Source: an uncultured Prevotella sp. (GTDB taxonomy: Bacteria > Bacteroidota > Bacteroidia > Bacteroidales > Bacteroidaceae). Taken from it: a stretch of DNA of 64,000 nucleotides. The DNA is taken from positions 3,872 to 67,871 of the forward strand of contig CALCHM010000127.1 of the NCBI GenBank assembly GCA_937901345.1, written 5' to 3'. Shown here piece by piece: positions 10,750-20,710 of the stretch; position 1 is the first letter of the stretch; every line of letters starts with the position of its first letter. The notes beneath the pieces were generated by a model that did not search any database, was not told the origin of the DNA, and saw nothing but the letters and a program-made list of their open reading frames with translations. The position numbers and the translations under genes are program-made.

Positions 10750-11448
10750 TTACTCAAAGTAAAGCGTCAGCGTCACCATGTTTATTGTCGCCTTGTTTAC
10801 GCTTTGTGTAAATACCTGTTGTGAAGAATCCAGCAGGTCGCTACGATCTTTTTTTAAGATGTCATTAAGTCCGAAACTAAATTTTAATTCCGGAATAATC
10901 TTAAAGAAAGGCAAATAGCAATCGCATCCGAAACCAACCTCCAAGCATAACGAGAATGGTTTTGTTTGGAGCAACGTATGCTTCTTGGCTGTTAAGTCGT
11001 AGTTGGCGCTAATACCTCCTACCACGTATGGACGATAATTGTTATAACGTGGTCCCGAAAGTTTCATGTTTATAGGCACGGATAGCAAAGCTGATTTCAT
11101 ATCCTGCGACTCTTCCTTCCCTGAAACATGATCAAAGAAACAGAGATGCTTACTGCCAAAGTGTAGAGCAGGTTGTAGGCGTAAAGATACGTAGCGATTC
11201 ACACGCCAATCTCCTAATACACCGACACTAAAACCGAGGTTCATTTTGTCGTTCTCTACGCTCCATTGCGCACCCGTTGCTGGGTCTATATAACCATTGT
11301 TTTCAAATTCAATCCCCTGGTCATGAATACCAAAGAAGAAACCGTAGTGGAAACGGCGTTCGTCGATAAAGGGCTTGTTTTGCACCTTGCGCTCTTGAGC
11401 CAATAGACTCAGGGAGAAGACGGAAAGGAGAAGAAAAAGGTATCTCAT
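10750..11448 (-). CDS. porT: Type IX secretion outer-membrane beta-barrel PorT/SprT
   Basis: N.P..D.R.FHYGF, GFSVG, NYRPY, D.YLPFFK..PELKF.FGL, terminal YFE. Confidence 0.88.
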   Translation of the reverse strand: MRYLFLLLSVFSLSLLAQERKVQNKPFIDERRFHYGFFFGIHDQGIEFENNGYIDPATGAQWSVENDKMNLGFSVGVLGDWRVNRYVSLRLQPALHFGSKHLCFFDHVSGKEESQDMKSALLSVPINMKLSGPRYNNYRPYVVGGISANYDLTAKKHTLLQTKPFSLCLEVGFGCDCYLPFFKIIPELKFSFGLNDILKKDRSDLLDSSQQVFTQSVNKATINMVTLTLYFE

Positions 11449-11603
11449 GATGAAAATTGCTAATAATGGGGAATGGAAATACTCCCGGTTCTTACTATCA
11501 TTATTTGGATGAAAATAATACTTCTCTGCCCTGCAAAATTAACTCAATTCCGGGAGATGGCAAGAAAAACTTTTGGAAGTTACTTAAAAAAAACAGGTTT
11601 TAG

Positions 11604-11634
11604 TTTGTTTATTGGAAGGGGCGGTGTATCTTTG
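11604..11634 (+). promoter_or_regulatory. Bacteroidetes sigma70 promoter for the ferredoxin gene
   Basis: TTTG (11604-11607), 19-nt spacer, TATCTTTG (11627-11634). Confidence 0.7.
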
Positions 11635-11695
11635 CAAAGGCAATGAATAAAGCAAAACATAAACATAACAAATCACTCATTAAAAACTTACAATT

Positions 11696-11866
11696 ATGGC
11701 TTACGTAATTACAGATGATTGTATCGCATGCGGTACTTGTATTGACGAATGTCCCTCTGGCGCTATTTCTGAAGGCGAAAAGTATGCTATTGACCCCAAT
11801 TCTTGCGTAGATTGTGGTACTTGCGCAGACGTATGTCCCTCAGGTGCAATCGTTCCTGGCGAATAA
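11696..11866 (+). CDS. 2[4Fe-4S] ferredoxin, 56 aa (missing from the ORF track)
   Basis: Manual translation MAYVITDDCIACGTCIDECPSGAISEGEKYAIDPNSCVDCGTCADVCPSGAIVPGE; two CxxCxxCxxxCP motifs. Confidence 0.95.
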   Translation: MAYVITDDCIACGTCIDECPSGAISEGEKYAIDPNSCVDCGTCADVCPSGAIVPGE

Positions 11867-11888
11867 TCACAATTGTCGCACAAAACTT

Positions 11889-11922
11889 AAGAACTTGAAC
11901 ACACTGTTCAGGTTCTTTTTTT
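11889..11922 (+). terminator. Rho-independent terminator after the ferredoxin gene
   Basis: AAGAACTTGAAC/GTTCAGGTTCTT stem plus T-run. Confidence 0.7.
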
Positions 11923-12385
11923 GATATACTTACTCAATATTAATATTACCGCTTCATTTATAGCGTGAAAATGCCGCAAAAGTTTATTACTCATCTTTCT
12001 GAGGCGGAGAAAGTTTACGAAACCATTTTTACACAACATCAGAATATCAGCATTGTTAGTAGCATAAGTTTACACTACCACTTTTATGTTTTTTAATCTT
12101 TGTGTCTCTTTGCATCCTTGCATGAAGTAAAACCTATGTGTACTTCTTACATGAATGTAATGCGGTTTTGTTTCCTTATCTTACGTAACGGGATGTATAG
12201 TGTGATCGAAATAGTATTTAGTCTTCAGGTTTTCTACCAGTCAATCGTTTCCGCATGGAAATTTTTCACAGACATCTTTCATCTATACTCTATTCACCGT
12301 GTCCGTCCTATTTCGTTGTTACATTGTCACATTGTCACATGTCACGCTAAAAGGTGTCCACATATATAAAAACAGATAAATAAAA

Positions 12386-12550
12386 GGCGTTGTGTCATAA
12401 TGAGCAAACTGCTGCGTTGCTCCTCAATTTCGGATTTGGTCATGTACTTCAGTACACTCCCTTCATCCTCCATTTCAGCGCCTTGCATTTTACTCATTCT
12501 TACACAACTTAAGAGGGTGTGCCGAAATTTTGCATTTCGACACACCCTCT
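12386..12550 (-). repeat. 165-bp dispersed repeat, copy 1 (hairpin plus ERIC-like element)
   Basis: Near-identical to 35355-35520 and 60644-60808. Confidence 0.92.
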
Positions 12551-12572
12551 TATTTTATAGGAAAGTATTTAA

Positions 12573-13766
12573 TTACTGAACCTGAACTGTTACACGACGG
12601 TTGTAGCTATAAGGAGCGATAATGTCTACACCACCTTCAGACTTAACAACGATCTTATCTTCAGCAACACCCATCTTAATGAGTTCCTTCTTAACTGTAG
12701 CAGCACGCTTTTCAGAAAGCTTCTGGTTGTAAGCGGGAGCACCTGTCTTGCTGTCAGCATAACCTGTAACAACGAGTGTCTTGCCATTGTTCTTAGCAAA
12801 TTCTGCGATTTCCTTAACGTTAACGAGGTCCTTGCGTGAAGCAATGCGAGAAGATTCAACGTTGAAGAATACAGATGCAGATGTACCGATAAACTGAACT
12901 TCCTTAACTACGCGAACTTCGGGCTTCTTAGCTTCAGCCTGTGCAAGGAGTGCGCGGAGCTTTTCTGTTTCCTGCTGTTCAGCAGCGAGTTGTGCATTTA
13001 CTGCGTCGAGTTGTTCCTGATTCATAGCCATGATAGCAGCGAGGTCGGGAGTGTGTTCCCAAGTTGTAGTCTTGCTGATCTGGTATGTAACACCCAACTT
13101 CAATGTTGCAACCTTGTCCCAAGTGCGAGTTGAGAAACGACTAGAGTGTGCATTACCGTGTTCGCCGATGATGTCGCTGTCTGTAGCTGTGAACTGAAGA
13201 TCAGCGAAAGCAGAGAAGCGCTTGCTCAAACGGAAGTCATTGTAGAGACCAATGTTGAACGCGAGGTTTGCCTTGTTAGCTGAGCAGTTGCGGAAGTAAC
13301 CACCACCAATGTAAGGAATGAAACTCCAGATACGTTCGGGGTTGTAACCACCGATGAGGTTGTGAAGGTTAAACATTACATCTTCGTGGATGTAAAGGAA
13401 ACTATTTGTTCCGTGAGGATCTTCACCGCAGCATTCAGCGTGAGGATTGTTGATGCCGTAATGTGCAACATTTACATTTCTAACCCAACCTGCGTCTGCA
13501 ACTGTGCGCAAACCAAGACCGGGAGTGAACCATTTACCTACAGCCAAAGTCCCACCGAAAGAACCACGCTTGTGAGTGAAGGGATTTCCATCAACACCAG
13601 TTTCCTGTGAAGTGTATGAAGCATTGTATGCACCACCTGCACTGATAAACCAATTTGCCCAGAAACTGTTAGTTGCTACGCTGTGCTTCTTAACAGGTAC
13701 ATTTTCCTGAGCTGTAGTTGCTGTTGCAAAACCTGCAAAAGCAAGAGCCAACATTAACTTTTTCAT
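12573..13766 (-). CDS. ompA: OmpA-family outer membrane protein (Bacteroidales major OMP)
   Basis: Signal peptide, beta-barrel, C-terminal GYADSKTG...YNQKLSEKRA...NRRV. Confidence 0.9.
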   Translation of the reverse strand: MKKLMLALAFAGFATATTAQENVPVKKHSVATNSFWANWFISAGGAYNASYTSQETGVDGNPFTHKRGSFGGTLAVGKWFTPGLGLRTVADAGWVRNVNVAHYGINNPHAECCGEDPHGTNSFLYIHEDVMFNLHNLIGGYNPERIWSFIPYIGGGYFRNCSANKANLAFNIGLYNDFRLSKRFSAFADLQFTATDSDIIGEHGNAHSSRFSTRTWDKVATLKLGVTYQISKTTTWEHTPDLAAIMAMNQEQLDAVNAQLAAEQQETEKLRALLAQAEAKKPEVRVVKEVQFIGTSASVFFNVESSRIASRKDLVNVKEIAEFAKNNGKTLVVTGYADSKTGAPAYNQKLSEKRAATVKKELIKMGVAEDKIVVKSEGGVDIIAPYSYNRRVTVQVQ

Positions 13767-13979
13767 AGTTGTAATGTGAATTGTGATATTAAAAAATGTT
13801 TAAGTTTTATTTCCTATAAACTTGCAACCGACTATTAAATGGGTATAGTTCGGCATTATATTCGGTGCAAATATACTCATTTCCCTAGTTACGCTCCTAC
13901 ATTTTTCTTGAAAAACTTGCTTCTTGAGTTGTTAATTTAGCAATAAAAGCTCTTTTTGTTCGTTGCAGTTGGGGAAAAG

Positions 13980-14666
13980 TCAAATTTTGCAAGTAAAAAT
14001 GCTCCAAATGGGCAATGTGGGGTAGGGGGCTGTTATGTTTATTTCCTGTTTTGATACGGGATGAATAAAATTAACTTTTCTTGCGTGCAAACAGATGCTC
14101 CCGTCTGGGTTGGAGCGTGGAGAACCATACTTTAAGTCACCTTTTATCGGTGCCAATGCTGTAGCGAGTTGGCAGCGTATTTGGTGGTGTCTTCCTGTGT
14201 GCAGGTTTACTTGTATTAAGGCATATCTGTCGCTCGATTGGAGGAGTTTGTAATCTAACGTAGCCTTTTTGCTTCCCTGCACCTCTTTAGTGAATGCGTA
14301 AGCCTTGTTTTGCTTTTCGTTGCGCGTTAAGTAATGGGTGAGCAATACGGGCGCGTTAGTAGCAGTTAATTGGTTGTGTTTCGGTATGATGGCATGGTAT
14401 GTTTTGTGTACTTCGCCTTTTCGAAACATTTCGTTTAGTCGTGTCAGCGCTTTACTAGTTTTTGCAAAGACAACGATTCCGCTCACTGGGCGGTCTAATC
14501 GATGAACGACTCCGAGAAAAACCTCGCCTGGTTTGTTGTATTTTTCTTTGAGATACGCCTTAACGATATCGCTTAACGGAGCATCACCTGTTTTATCTCC
14601 CTGCACAATTTCACCTGCTACCTTATTGACAATGATGATGTGATTATCTTCGTAAAGAGGTGTCAT
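13980..14666 (-). CDS. RluA-family RNA pseudouridine synthase
   Basis: VHRLDRPVSG, TGRHHQIR, GDLKYG, LHA motifs. Confidence 0.92.
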   Translation of the reverse strand: MTPLYEDNHIIIVNKVAGEIVQGDKTGDAPLSDIVKAYLKEKYNKPGEVFLGVVHRLDRPVSGIVVFAKTSKALTRLNEMFRKGEVHKTYHAIIPKHNQLTATNAPVLLTHYLTRNEKQNKAYAFTKEVQGSKKATLDYKLLQSSDRYALIQVNLHTGRHHQIRCQLATALAPIKGDLKYGSPRSNPDGSICLHARKVNFIHPVSKQEINITAPYPTLPIWSIFTCKI

Positions 14667-14794
14667 ATTAGTTGCTAAATAGGAGGTATATATGAGAGAA
14701 AGAATCGGAACATGTTTAGCGTCCGATTCTTTCCTTTTTTTGGGTGCATTATGTGATATACGTAAGACATATATTACATAAGTGCATCCCTTTA

Positions 14795-15541
14795 TTACAT
14801 ATTCATACCGCCATCAACCTGCAACACTTGACCTGTAACGTAACTAGAAAGGTCTGAAGCGAGGAAGGTTGCTACATTGGCAATGTCTTCTACCTGACCA
14901 CCACGGCGGAGAGGAATTTTAGCGCACCATTCTTTGCGTACTTCTTCAGGGAGTGCGCCTGTCATTGCTGTTTCGATGAAACCAGGAGCAATTGCGTTTG
15001 CACGGATGCCGCGAGATCCGAGTTCTTGAGCAATACTCTTAGCAAGGGCGATAAGACCTGCCTTAGATGCAGCATAGTTGCTTTGCCCCGCATTGCCGTG
15101 TACACCCACAACTGAAGCCATGTTGATGATGTTACCGCTACGTTGGCGCATCATGATGGGGGTGCAAGCGTGGATGAAATTGAAGGCAGACTTCAAGTTT
15201 ACTGCGATAACAGCATCCCATTGTGCTTCAGACATGCGCATCATGAGTCCGTCCTTTGTGATACCTGCATTATTAACGAGGATGTCGATTTGTCCGAATT
15301 CTTCCTTTACTGCATTTACAACTTCTTCTGTTTGAGCAAAGTCAGCTGCGTTACTCGCATAACCCACACACTTAACACCTAGTGCGGAGATTTCTGCTTC
15401 TGTTTGTTTGCCGTTTTCGTCAATTACAAGGTCTGTGAAGGCAATGTTTGCGCCTTCTTGAGCGAATTTCATTGCGATAGCCTTACCGATACCGCGTGCA
15501 GCGCCTGTGATGAGGGCTGTCTTACCTGTTAAAAGTCCCAT
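14795..15541 (-). CDS. fabG: 3-oxoacyl-ACP reductase
   Basis: TGAARGIG, NNAGITKD, YAASK, NAIAPGFI, VDGGM. Confidence 0.93.
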   Translation of the reverse strand: MGLLTGKTALITGAARGIGKAIAMKFAQEGANIAFTDLVIDENGKQTEAEISALGVKCVGYASNAADFAQTEEVVNAVKEEFGQIDILVNNAGITKDGLMMRMSEAQWDAVIAVNLKSAFNFIHACTPIMMRQRSGNIINMASVVGVHGNAGQSNYAASKAGLIALAKSIAQELGSRGIRANAIAPGFIETAMTGALPEEVRKEWCAKIPLRRGGQVEDIANVATFLASDLSSYVTGQVLQVDGGMNM

Positions 15542-15602
15542 TTTAATTGCTATTTATTCTTTAGGGTTGTTATATTTCTATTGGTTGGGGCTTTAAGTTT
15601 TA

Positions 15603-16181
15603 TTACTTAAGCACTTTGTTGAGAATGTCACATACGATTCGCTTACTGTCATCGCTTGAAAGTCCTTTGGCTACTCTGTCATAGATGTAGGGCACTTCCA
15701 TGCCTTTGATTGCATAGTGTATGATGTCGGCAACAAGTGGGATGCTTTCAATCTTAAAATGATTGCGATCCACTCCTTCTTGAAGCACTTGTCTGAGAAC
15801 ATTGCGCTCTTCTTCGTCGAATGCTCTTCGCACGCGTTCAACAGTTCTGATATCTCGGAAAAATTCTGCTCGCAGAGAACCGTTTCGTGTCACAACTTCT
15901 TTGATTACAGAGAGGTGTGTGTAAATGATGCCAATGATTTTCTCTTCGGGTGAGATGATTTTGTTTGCGGTTTCATCCAATCTTTCTGATAGAATTTCGA
16001 GTTCAGATGTTATGACTGCCTCATATAGTTCTTCTTTGTTTTTGAAGTAGGTGTAAAGCGTGCGTCTCCCTTTGCCCGAGGCCGCAGCAATATCGTTCAT
16101 TGTTGTGGCTTCAAATCCTTGGCGCACAAAGAGTTCACGAGCGCATTCTACAAGGCGGTTTCGGGTTTTAGAAATAGACAT
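15603..16181 (-). CDS. TetR/AcrR-family transcriptional regulator
   Basis: N-terminal HTH GF..TTM.DIA..SG..RRTLY.YF.NK. Confidence 0.9.
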   Translation of the reverse strand: MSISKTRNRLVECARELFVRQGFEATTMNDIAAASGKGRRTLYTYFKNKEELYEAVITSELEILSERLDETANKIISPEEKIIGIIYTHLSVIKEVVTRNGSLRAEFFRDIRTVERVRRAFDEEERNVLRQVLQEGVDRNHFKIESIPLVADIIHYAIKGMEVPYIYDRVAKGLSSDDSKRIVCDILNKVLK

Positions 16182-16371
16182 AGTTGAAAATTGTTGTGAA
16201 TGGACTTGAATAGTAATTGGATTTCTGAATTACGCACACTTGAATTCTATGTGCAAAGGTACAAGTATTTTACCTAAATTGCCAAACTATATGCTCCTTT
16301 TTTGCACAAAAACTTTAGAAATGAGAAATAAGGAAGGCGAGATATGAGAGATGAGGGGGTGAAAAAGCAAA

Positions 16372-16401
16372 TAGGCAACCCTCGGGAGAGGATTGCCTAT
16401 T
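16372..16401 (-). terminator. Terminator after rpmA
   Basis: ATAGGCAA.CCTC / GAG.TTGCCTAT stem with T-run on the minus strand. Confidence 0.6.
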
Positions 16402-16421
16402 GTAATCATTTTCGTTGGTAA

Positions 16422-16679
16422 TTAAGCCTTGGGCTCAACACTAACTACGCTACGGTCACGCTGACCGCGCTTGAAAGTTACAACACCATCTGTGAGTGCG
16501 AAGAGAGTGTGGTCGCTACCCATACCTACGTTCTTACCAGGGTAGTGAACTGTACCGCGCTGACGCACGATAATGTTACCTGCGATGCAAGTCTGACCAC
16601 CCCAGATCTTAACACCTAATCTTTGTGAAGCTGATTCACGGCCGTTCTTAGAACTACCAACACCTTTCTTATGTGCCAT
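16422..16679 (-). CDS. rpmA: 50S ribosomal protein L27
   Basis: [24 protein letters not shown]. Confidence 0.98.
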   Translation of the reverse strand: MAHKKGVGSSKNGRESASQRLGVKIWGGQTCIAGNIIVRQRGTVHYPGKNVGMGSDHTLFALTDGVVTFKRGQRDRSVVSVEPKA

Positions 16680-16701
16680 TTTCTTCTAACTTTTTAAGGG
16701 G

Positions 16702-17019
16702 TTAAGCAATTACGTTTTTGATTGTCAACTGAGTGTACTGATGGCGGTAACCATTCAACTTGCGGTAACCTTTACGGCGCTTCTTGTGGAAAACGAGCAC
16801 CTTGTCACCCTTTACGAGGGGATCGATTACTTCGCATACTACCTTAGCGCCTTCAACTACGGGAGCGCCTACAGTAACTTGACCATTGTTGTCTACCAAC
16901 AACACCTTTTCAAATTCAACAGCCTGACCGCTTTCTGCGTTCTGAATGTGGTTTACGAAGAGCTTCTTGCCTTCTTCCACCTTAAACTGCTGACCGTTAA
17001 TCTCTACGATTGCGTACAT
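16702..17019 (-). CDS. rplU: 50S ribosomal protein L21
   Basis: [14 protein letters not shown]...[18 protein letters not shown] at 17019. Confidence 0.97.
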   Translation of the reverse strand: MYAIVEINGQQFKVEEGKKLFVNHIQNAESGQAVEFEKVLLVDNNGQVTVGAPVVEGAKVVCEVIDPLVKGDKVLVFHKKRRKGYRKLNGYRHQYTQLTIKNVIA

Positions 17020-17116
17020 TATTATAAATATATTAAACGGATTTTTCCAAGAGGCGTAGTCTTTTGACTCGCTTGTTTTGCCCCTTTGGACTCTAATCGG
17101 GTGCAAAATTACGACT

Positions 17117-18712
17117 TTATTTTTTACCCCACAAGTGTTCGTATGCTTTTTTTACTTTCTCGGCGCTGCTAAGTGTGTTTGAATCTGCTGCTTGGGGAAT
17201 GTTTATGGGGATGAGTGCTGACTCGTTGCCATAAGCGTCTACTGAGGTGATCGCATATTGCTCATACAAGAGTTCGGGTAAGGCGGGGGTATAATGGAAA
17301 GTGGTTTGGCGAAGTTTGTGGGCGATGCATTTGGGCGTAGTATCATCTTTGCAGATGCGGTATACATTGTAATATATGGGTGTTGCATCTTCAACGGCAT
17401 TCCATTTTAAGTTAATGCTATGTCCGCTTTTGGTTATTTCTGCCTTAGGTGCAATAGGGGGGATGCTATCAGTCCACGTCATTGCCGGCGTCATTGCGGG
17501 TGATTTGTAAAAGTCGCGTTGTAACCAGTCGTAGAGTCCCTTTTCATTGTTTAACAAGAATTCAGAGCGGAAGAAGGCATGTCCGCCCATTCCTAGGTCT
17601 CGAGTGACATGCATTTGGCGTCTTACAATCTCAAGACTCCAATTTTGCAAGTGACGGTTTAAGAAGTATATACCCAATCCTGGAACAACAGGTCGCCCTG
17701 CACAATTTTCTTGCCAATCTACAGCAAATGGGTAAAAATGTTTGCCGTCGAAGTACATCATGGGAAAAAGTGCATCCATGAGTCCGTCTTTCAACCATTC
17801 TTGGGCTTCTTGATTAACAGCTGAATAGGCATTCCATCCGTAACTGCTTTGTCGGGGGAGATCCTTATATTTCCCGATGGGGGCGCAGGTGAGTTTTATC
17901 CATGGTCGTACGGTCTTAATTGCTGTGTGGATTTGTGTTACGCAGCGTGTGACGTTGGCTCTGCGCCATGTTGCTTTGTTTTGTTTGTTGCCGTATTTTT
18001 TGTAGGTCTTGGCATCGTTAAATTTAATGGCTTTTTCGGGATAGCGAATGTAATCAAGGTGTATGCCGTCAACGTTGTAGTTGGTTACGATTTCCTCACA
18101 GATGGTCGCCAAATACTCTGCTGTGCCTGGAACTCCAGGGTCTAACATCCACACATCGTCACAGCGTTGGCACAATTCGGGGCGTTTATGGGGCAGTGCT
18201 TGTTTCCCTAACTTTTTTTCTGTTGGCACTTTGCATATGGGGAAAGATACTACCCATGCGTGGCATTCCAACCCACGTTTGTGGCATTCCTCAATGGCGA
18301 ACGCTAATGGGTCATAGAGTGGTGCTTTTCCTGGTGTTCCCGTAAATGCTTCGTCCCAAGGTTCATATTTTGATTGGTATGCTGTTGTTGAACGCATACG
18401 TGCTTGCACGAAAACGGTATTAATATTTGCTGCCACATATTTGTCAAGCATTTGTCGGAGTTCTTCTTTTTGGCGTTCTGCGCCTTCAGGAGTGGTAGCA
18501 GGTTTCTTTGGCCAGTCAAGGTTTAAGTATGTAGTCAACCACACAGCGCGATACTCGCGAGGCATGGCTGTTATAGTCAGATGGCAACACGTCAGTAAGA
18601 GGGTGATGCAGAGGCGTAGGATGAAGTGTTTGGGGATCACGTGTAAGGGAGTTATATGGTGTTTGTGTATGAAAAAGAGGTGTCGTAAAGACGAACGAGG
18701 GGGAGAAAGCAC
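17117..18712 (-). CDS. GHL10 (DUF187) glycoside hydrolase-like protein with C-terminal Fn3; start uncertain
   Basis: [44 protein letters not shown]. Confidence 0.85.
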   Translation of the reverse strand: MLSPPRSSLRHLFFIHKHHITPLHVIPKHFILRLCITLLLTCCHLTITAMPREYRAVWLTTYLNLDWPKKPATTPEGAERQKEELRQMLDKYVAANINTVFVQARMRSTTAYQSKYEPWDEAFTGTPGKAPLYDPLAFAIEECHKRGLECHAWVVSFPICKVPTEKKLGKQALPHKRPELCQRCDDVWMLDPGVPGTAEYLATICEEIVTNYNVDGIHLDYIRYPEKAIKFNDAKTYKKYGNKQNKATWRRANVTRCVTQIHTAIKTVRPWIKLTCAPIGKYKDLPRQSSYGWNAYSAVNQEAQEWLKDGLMDALFPMMYFDGKHFYPFAVDWQENCAGRPVVPGLGIYFLNRHLQNWSLEIVRRQMHVTRDLGMGGHAFFRSEFLLNNEKGLYDWLQRDFYKSPAMTPAMTWTDSIPPIAPKAEITKSGHSINLKWNAVEDATPIYYNVYRICKDDTTPKCIAHKLRQTTFHYTPALPELLYEQYAITSVDAYGNESALIPINIPQAADSNTLSSAEKVKKAYEHLWGKK

Positions 18713-18733
18713 GGTGGTATGCTGATGTGCGCG

Positions 18734-19630
18734 TTATTTTCTACTTAAGGTGCGAGCTTTTAAGCGGTCTTTTTCTGCTAGCGAGTGTTTTCCTAGTTGT
18801 TCAAGGCATTGTGCGCGCTCAATGTAGAGTGCAGCGCTTTGAGGTGCTAGGTGAATAGCTGCGTCATAATCTAAAAGTGCTAAGTCATGGAGGTTGAGTG
18901 CGCTATAGATTGTTGCTCGAAGGGCGAGTGCGTCAACGTTTCCCTTATTTACGCTAATGTGATGCGTGAGTCGTTCAATGGCTTCTTGAGAGCGTCCTTC
19001 TTCGTGGAGTGATAAGGCAAGCATGATAGGCGCATTTTCATTTTTAGGGTCAAGTAGGCATAGTGCTTCTAAATCTTGACGTGCTTCATGGTTGAGGCGC
19101 ATTCCTATGAGTGCTGATGCACGAATGAAGAGTAAACGCGTGCGTGCTTCTTTCGTTGGGGTGAGGTTGAGCAGGGCGTCGCAGTCATTTTTTGCCTCCA
19201 AAAAGTGGTGGAGTTGCAGTTCCACAACTGCTCGTGCCATTCTGATGTGATGCAGTTCGGGTTTTTGTCTCAGTGCTGCGTTGTAATGTTGCTCTGCTTC
19301 GTCTAAGCGACCTTCAACTTCTGCTATCTCTCCTAGATGTTGCTCAATGACGTAGTTCCCTTCAGCCTTGGGACGAAGTTGGAGTGCCTCTTTGAAGTGC
19401 TTCTTGGCAATGGTTAAGGAGTCGCAATGCAAGGCGCTGAATGCACGTTTTAGACAGTCGGCATAGTGCAAAGAATCTGCTTTTGCTGTTTGGTTATGTG
19501 CCTCTCGATCGTAGTCTTGTAGTGTTTTTGAACGTACATTTCCTCCCTTATCGATGTCGATAATGGTTTGGGCAGACGCTGAGATGGTGATGATGGGTAG
19601 CAACAGGAGCAGTCGGAGGAGTTTAGGCAT
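18734..19630 (-). CDS. Exported tetratricopeptide-repeat protein
   Basis: Signal peptide plus several TPR-like helices. Confidence 0.8.
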   Translation of the reverse strand: MPKLLRLLLLLPIITISASAQTIIDIDKGGNVRSKTLQDYDREAHNQTAKADSLHYADCLKRAFSALHCDSLTIAKKHFKEALQLRPKAEGNYVIEQHLGEIAEVEGRLDEAEQHYNAALRQKPELHHIRMARAVVELQLHHFLEAKNDCDALLNLTPTKEARTRLLFIRASALIGMRLNHEARQDLEALCLLDPKNENAPIMLALSLHEEGRSQEAIERLTHHISVNKGNVDALALRATIYSALNLHDLALLDYDAAIHLAPQSAALYIERAQCLEQLGKHSLAEKDRLKARTLSRK

Positions 19631-19674
19631 TTTTTTATTAGGGAGAGAAAGAATTTTTGCGAAAGAGGTGTTTG

Positions 19675-20448
19675 TTAACGCATTTCTAAGAGCGGTTGTG
19701 GCAAATCAAAGTATATTTCAAACCCTGGACGCCAGGTGTTGGTGATGATGGCATAACCTCTTTCTATGCGATAAGGGGTGTCATGACCATTGCAGTAGAT
19801 GGGAAATGAAGTGTCGTTCCATTCTCCCTCGGGCAATCGTATGCACATCGTGAGTTTTAATCCTTGCCGTGTGGGCATCTGTGCAAAACGTATTTTTACA
19901 CGTTCATGAAAGGGCATGCCTGTAATGAGGTCTAATTGGTAGTTGCCTGCGGCATGAGGCAAAATAACTGAAGCGTTTGCATAGAAATTTACGTACACGG
20001 TGTCGTTCTTAATTGCCATCATAGTGCCTATTGCGTTCAGCAGAGTTTGTGCTGCTGCCATCTTTTCCGCTCCCATTTCGGACTGGGTTGCATTTTGAAT
20101 GAGCGGTCCATAGATAAGTTGTTCCATCTCGCGCGCATAATGTGCATCAGCTGTGAGTAAGAGCATTTGAGCAGTGAGGTTGAAGCGATTGACTGCCGAA
20201 AAGACGTCTGTTGCAGTGAGGTTGCGTTCTTTAGCCTTCAACCATGCGGTTTCTAATGTGGGGAGTTGTGCTAATGTGGCAGTAAGCGGTTGAGGAATAA
20301 GTTGCTTACTGACATTCAGAGCCGTGTTTCTAAGGTTCATAGCGTCGTTGTCCCAAGTCATGATGCTATCGGCTGAGACAAAGCGCATTTGCGCCTTGAC
20401 CATGAGCCCGAAACAAAGGAGAGTGAGTGTAAAAAGGAATTTTTTCAT
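19675..20448 (-). CDS. Exported hypothetical protein, weakly like the C-terminal half of GH127 proteins
   Basis: Signal peptide; VYVNFY, IRLP and GYA.I...W..G patterns. Confidence 0.45.
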   Translation of the reverse strand: MKKFLFTLTLLCFGLMVKAQMRFVSADSIMTWDNDAMNLRNTALNVSKQLIPQPLTATLAQLPTLETAWLKAKERNLTATDVFSAVNRFNLTAQMLLLTADAHYAREMEQLIYGPLIQNATQSEMGAEKMAAAQTLLNAIGTMMAIKNDTVYVNFYANASVILPHAAGNYQLDLITGMPFHERVKIRFAQMPTRQGLKLTMCIRLPEGEWNDTSFPIYCNGHDTPYRIERGYAIITNTWRPGFEIYFDLPQPLLEMR

Positions 20449-20710
20449 GCTGCAATCAATAGAGGGCAAAGTTAATAATATTATTTCAGTTGTCAACTCA
20501 GCGAGTGGCAGAATAACATTTATTAGGATTTCTTGTCTTGTATGTAGCGGAGTGGAAGTGTGATTTGTATAGGCCGGCGCTTGATTGTCGGGATTTTATT
20601 CCGACCTTTGCACCTCAAAACTGCGTTTCTGAGTGAGAGAATGAGCGTTTGTGTGCGTAAATTTCGTTTTTATGTGCAGAAATCTATGGAACGCTAAAAT
20701 CTGTTCGTTT

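Noticed and set aside
12342..12545. Recurrent small ORFs (also 60496-60861, 60597-60794 and part of 34895-35506)
   Set aside because: They are translations of the 165-bp non-coding repeat
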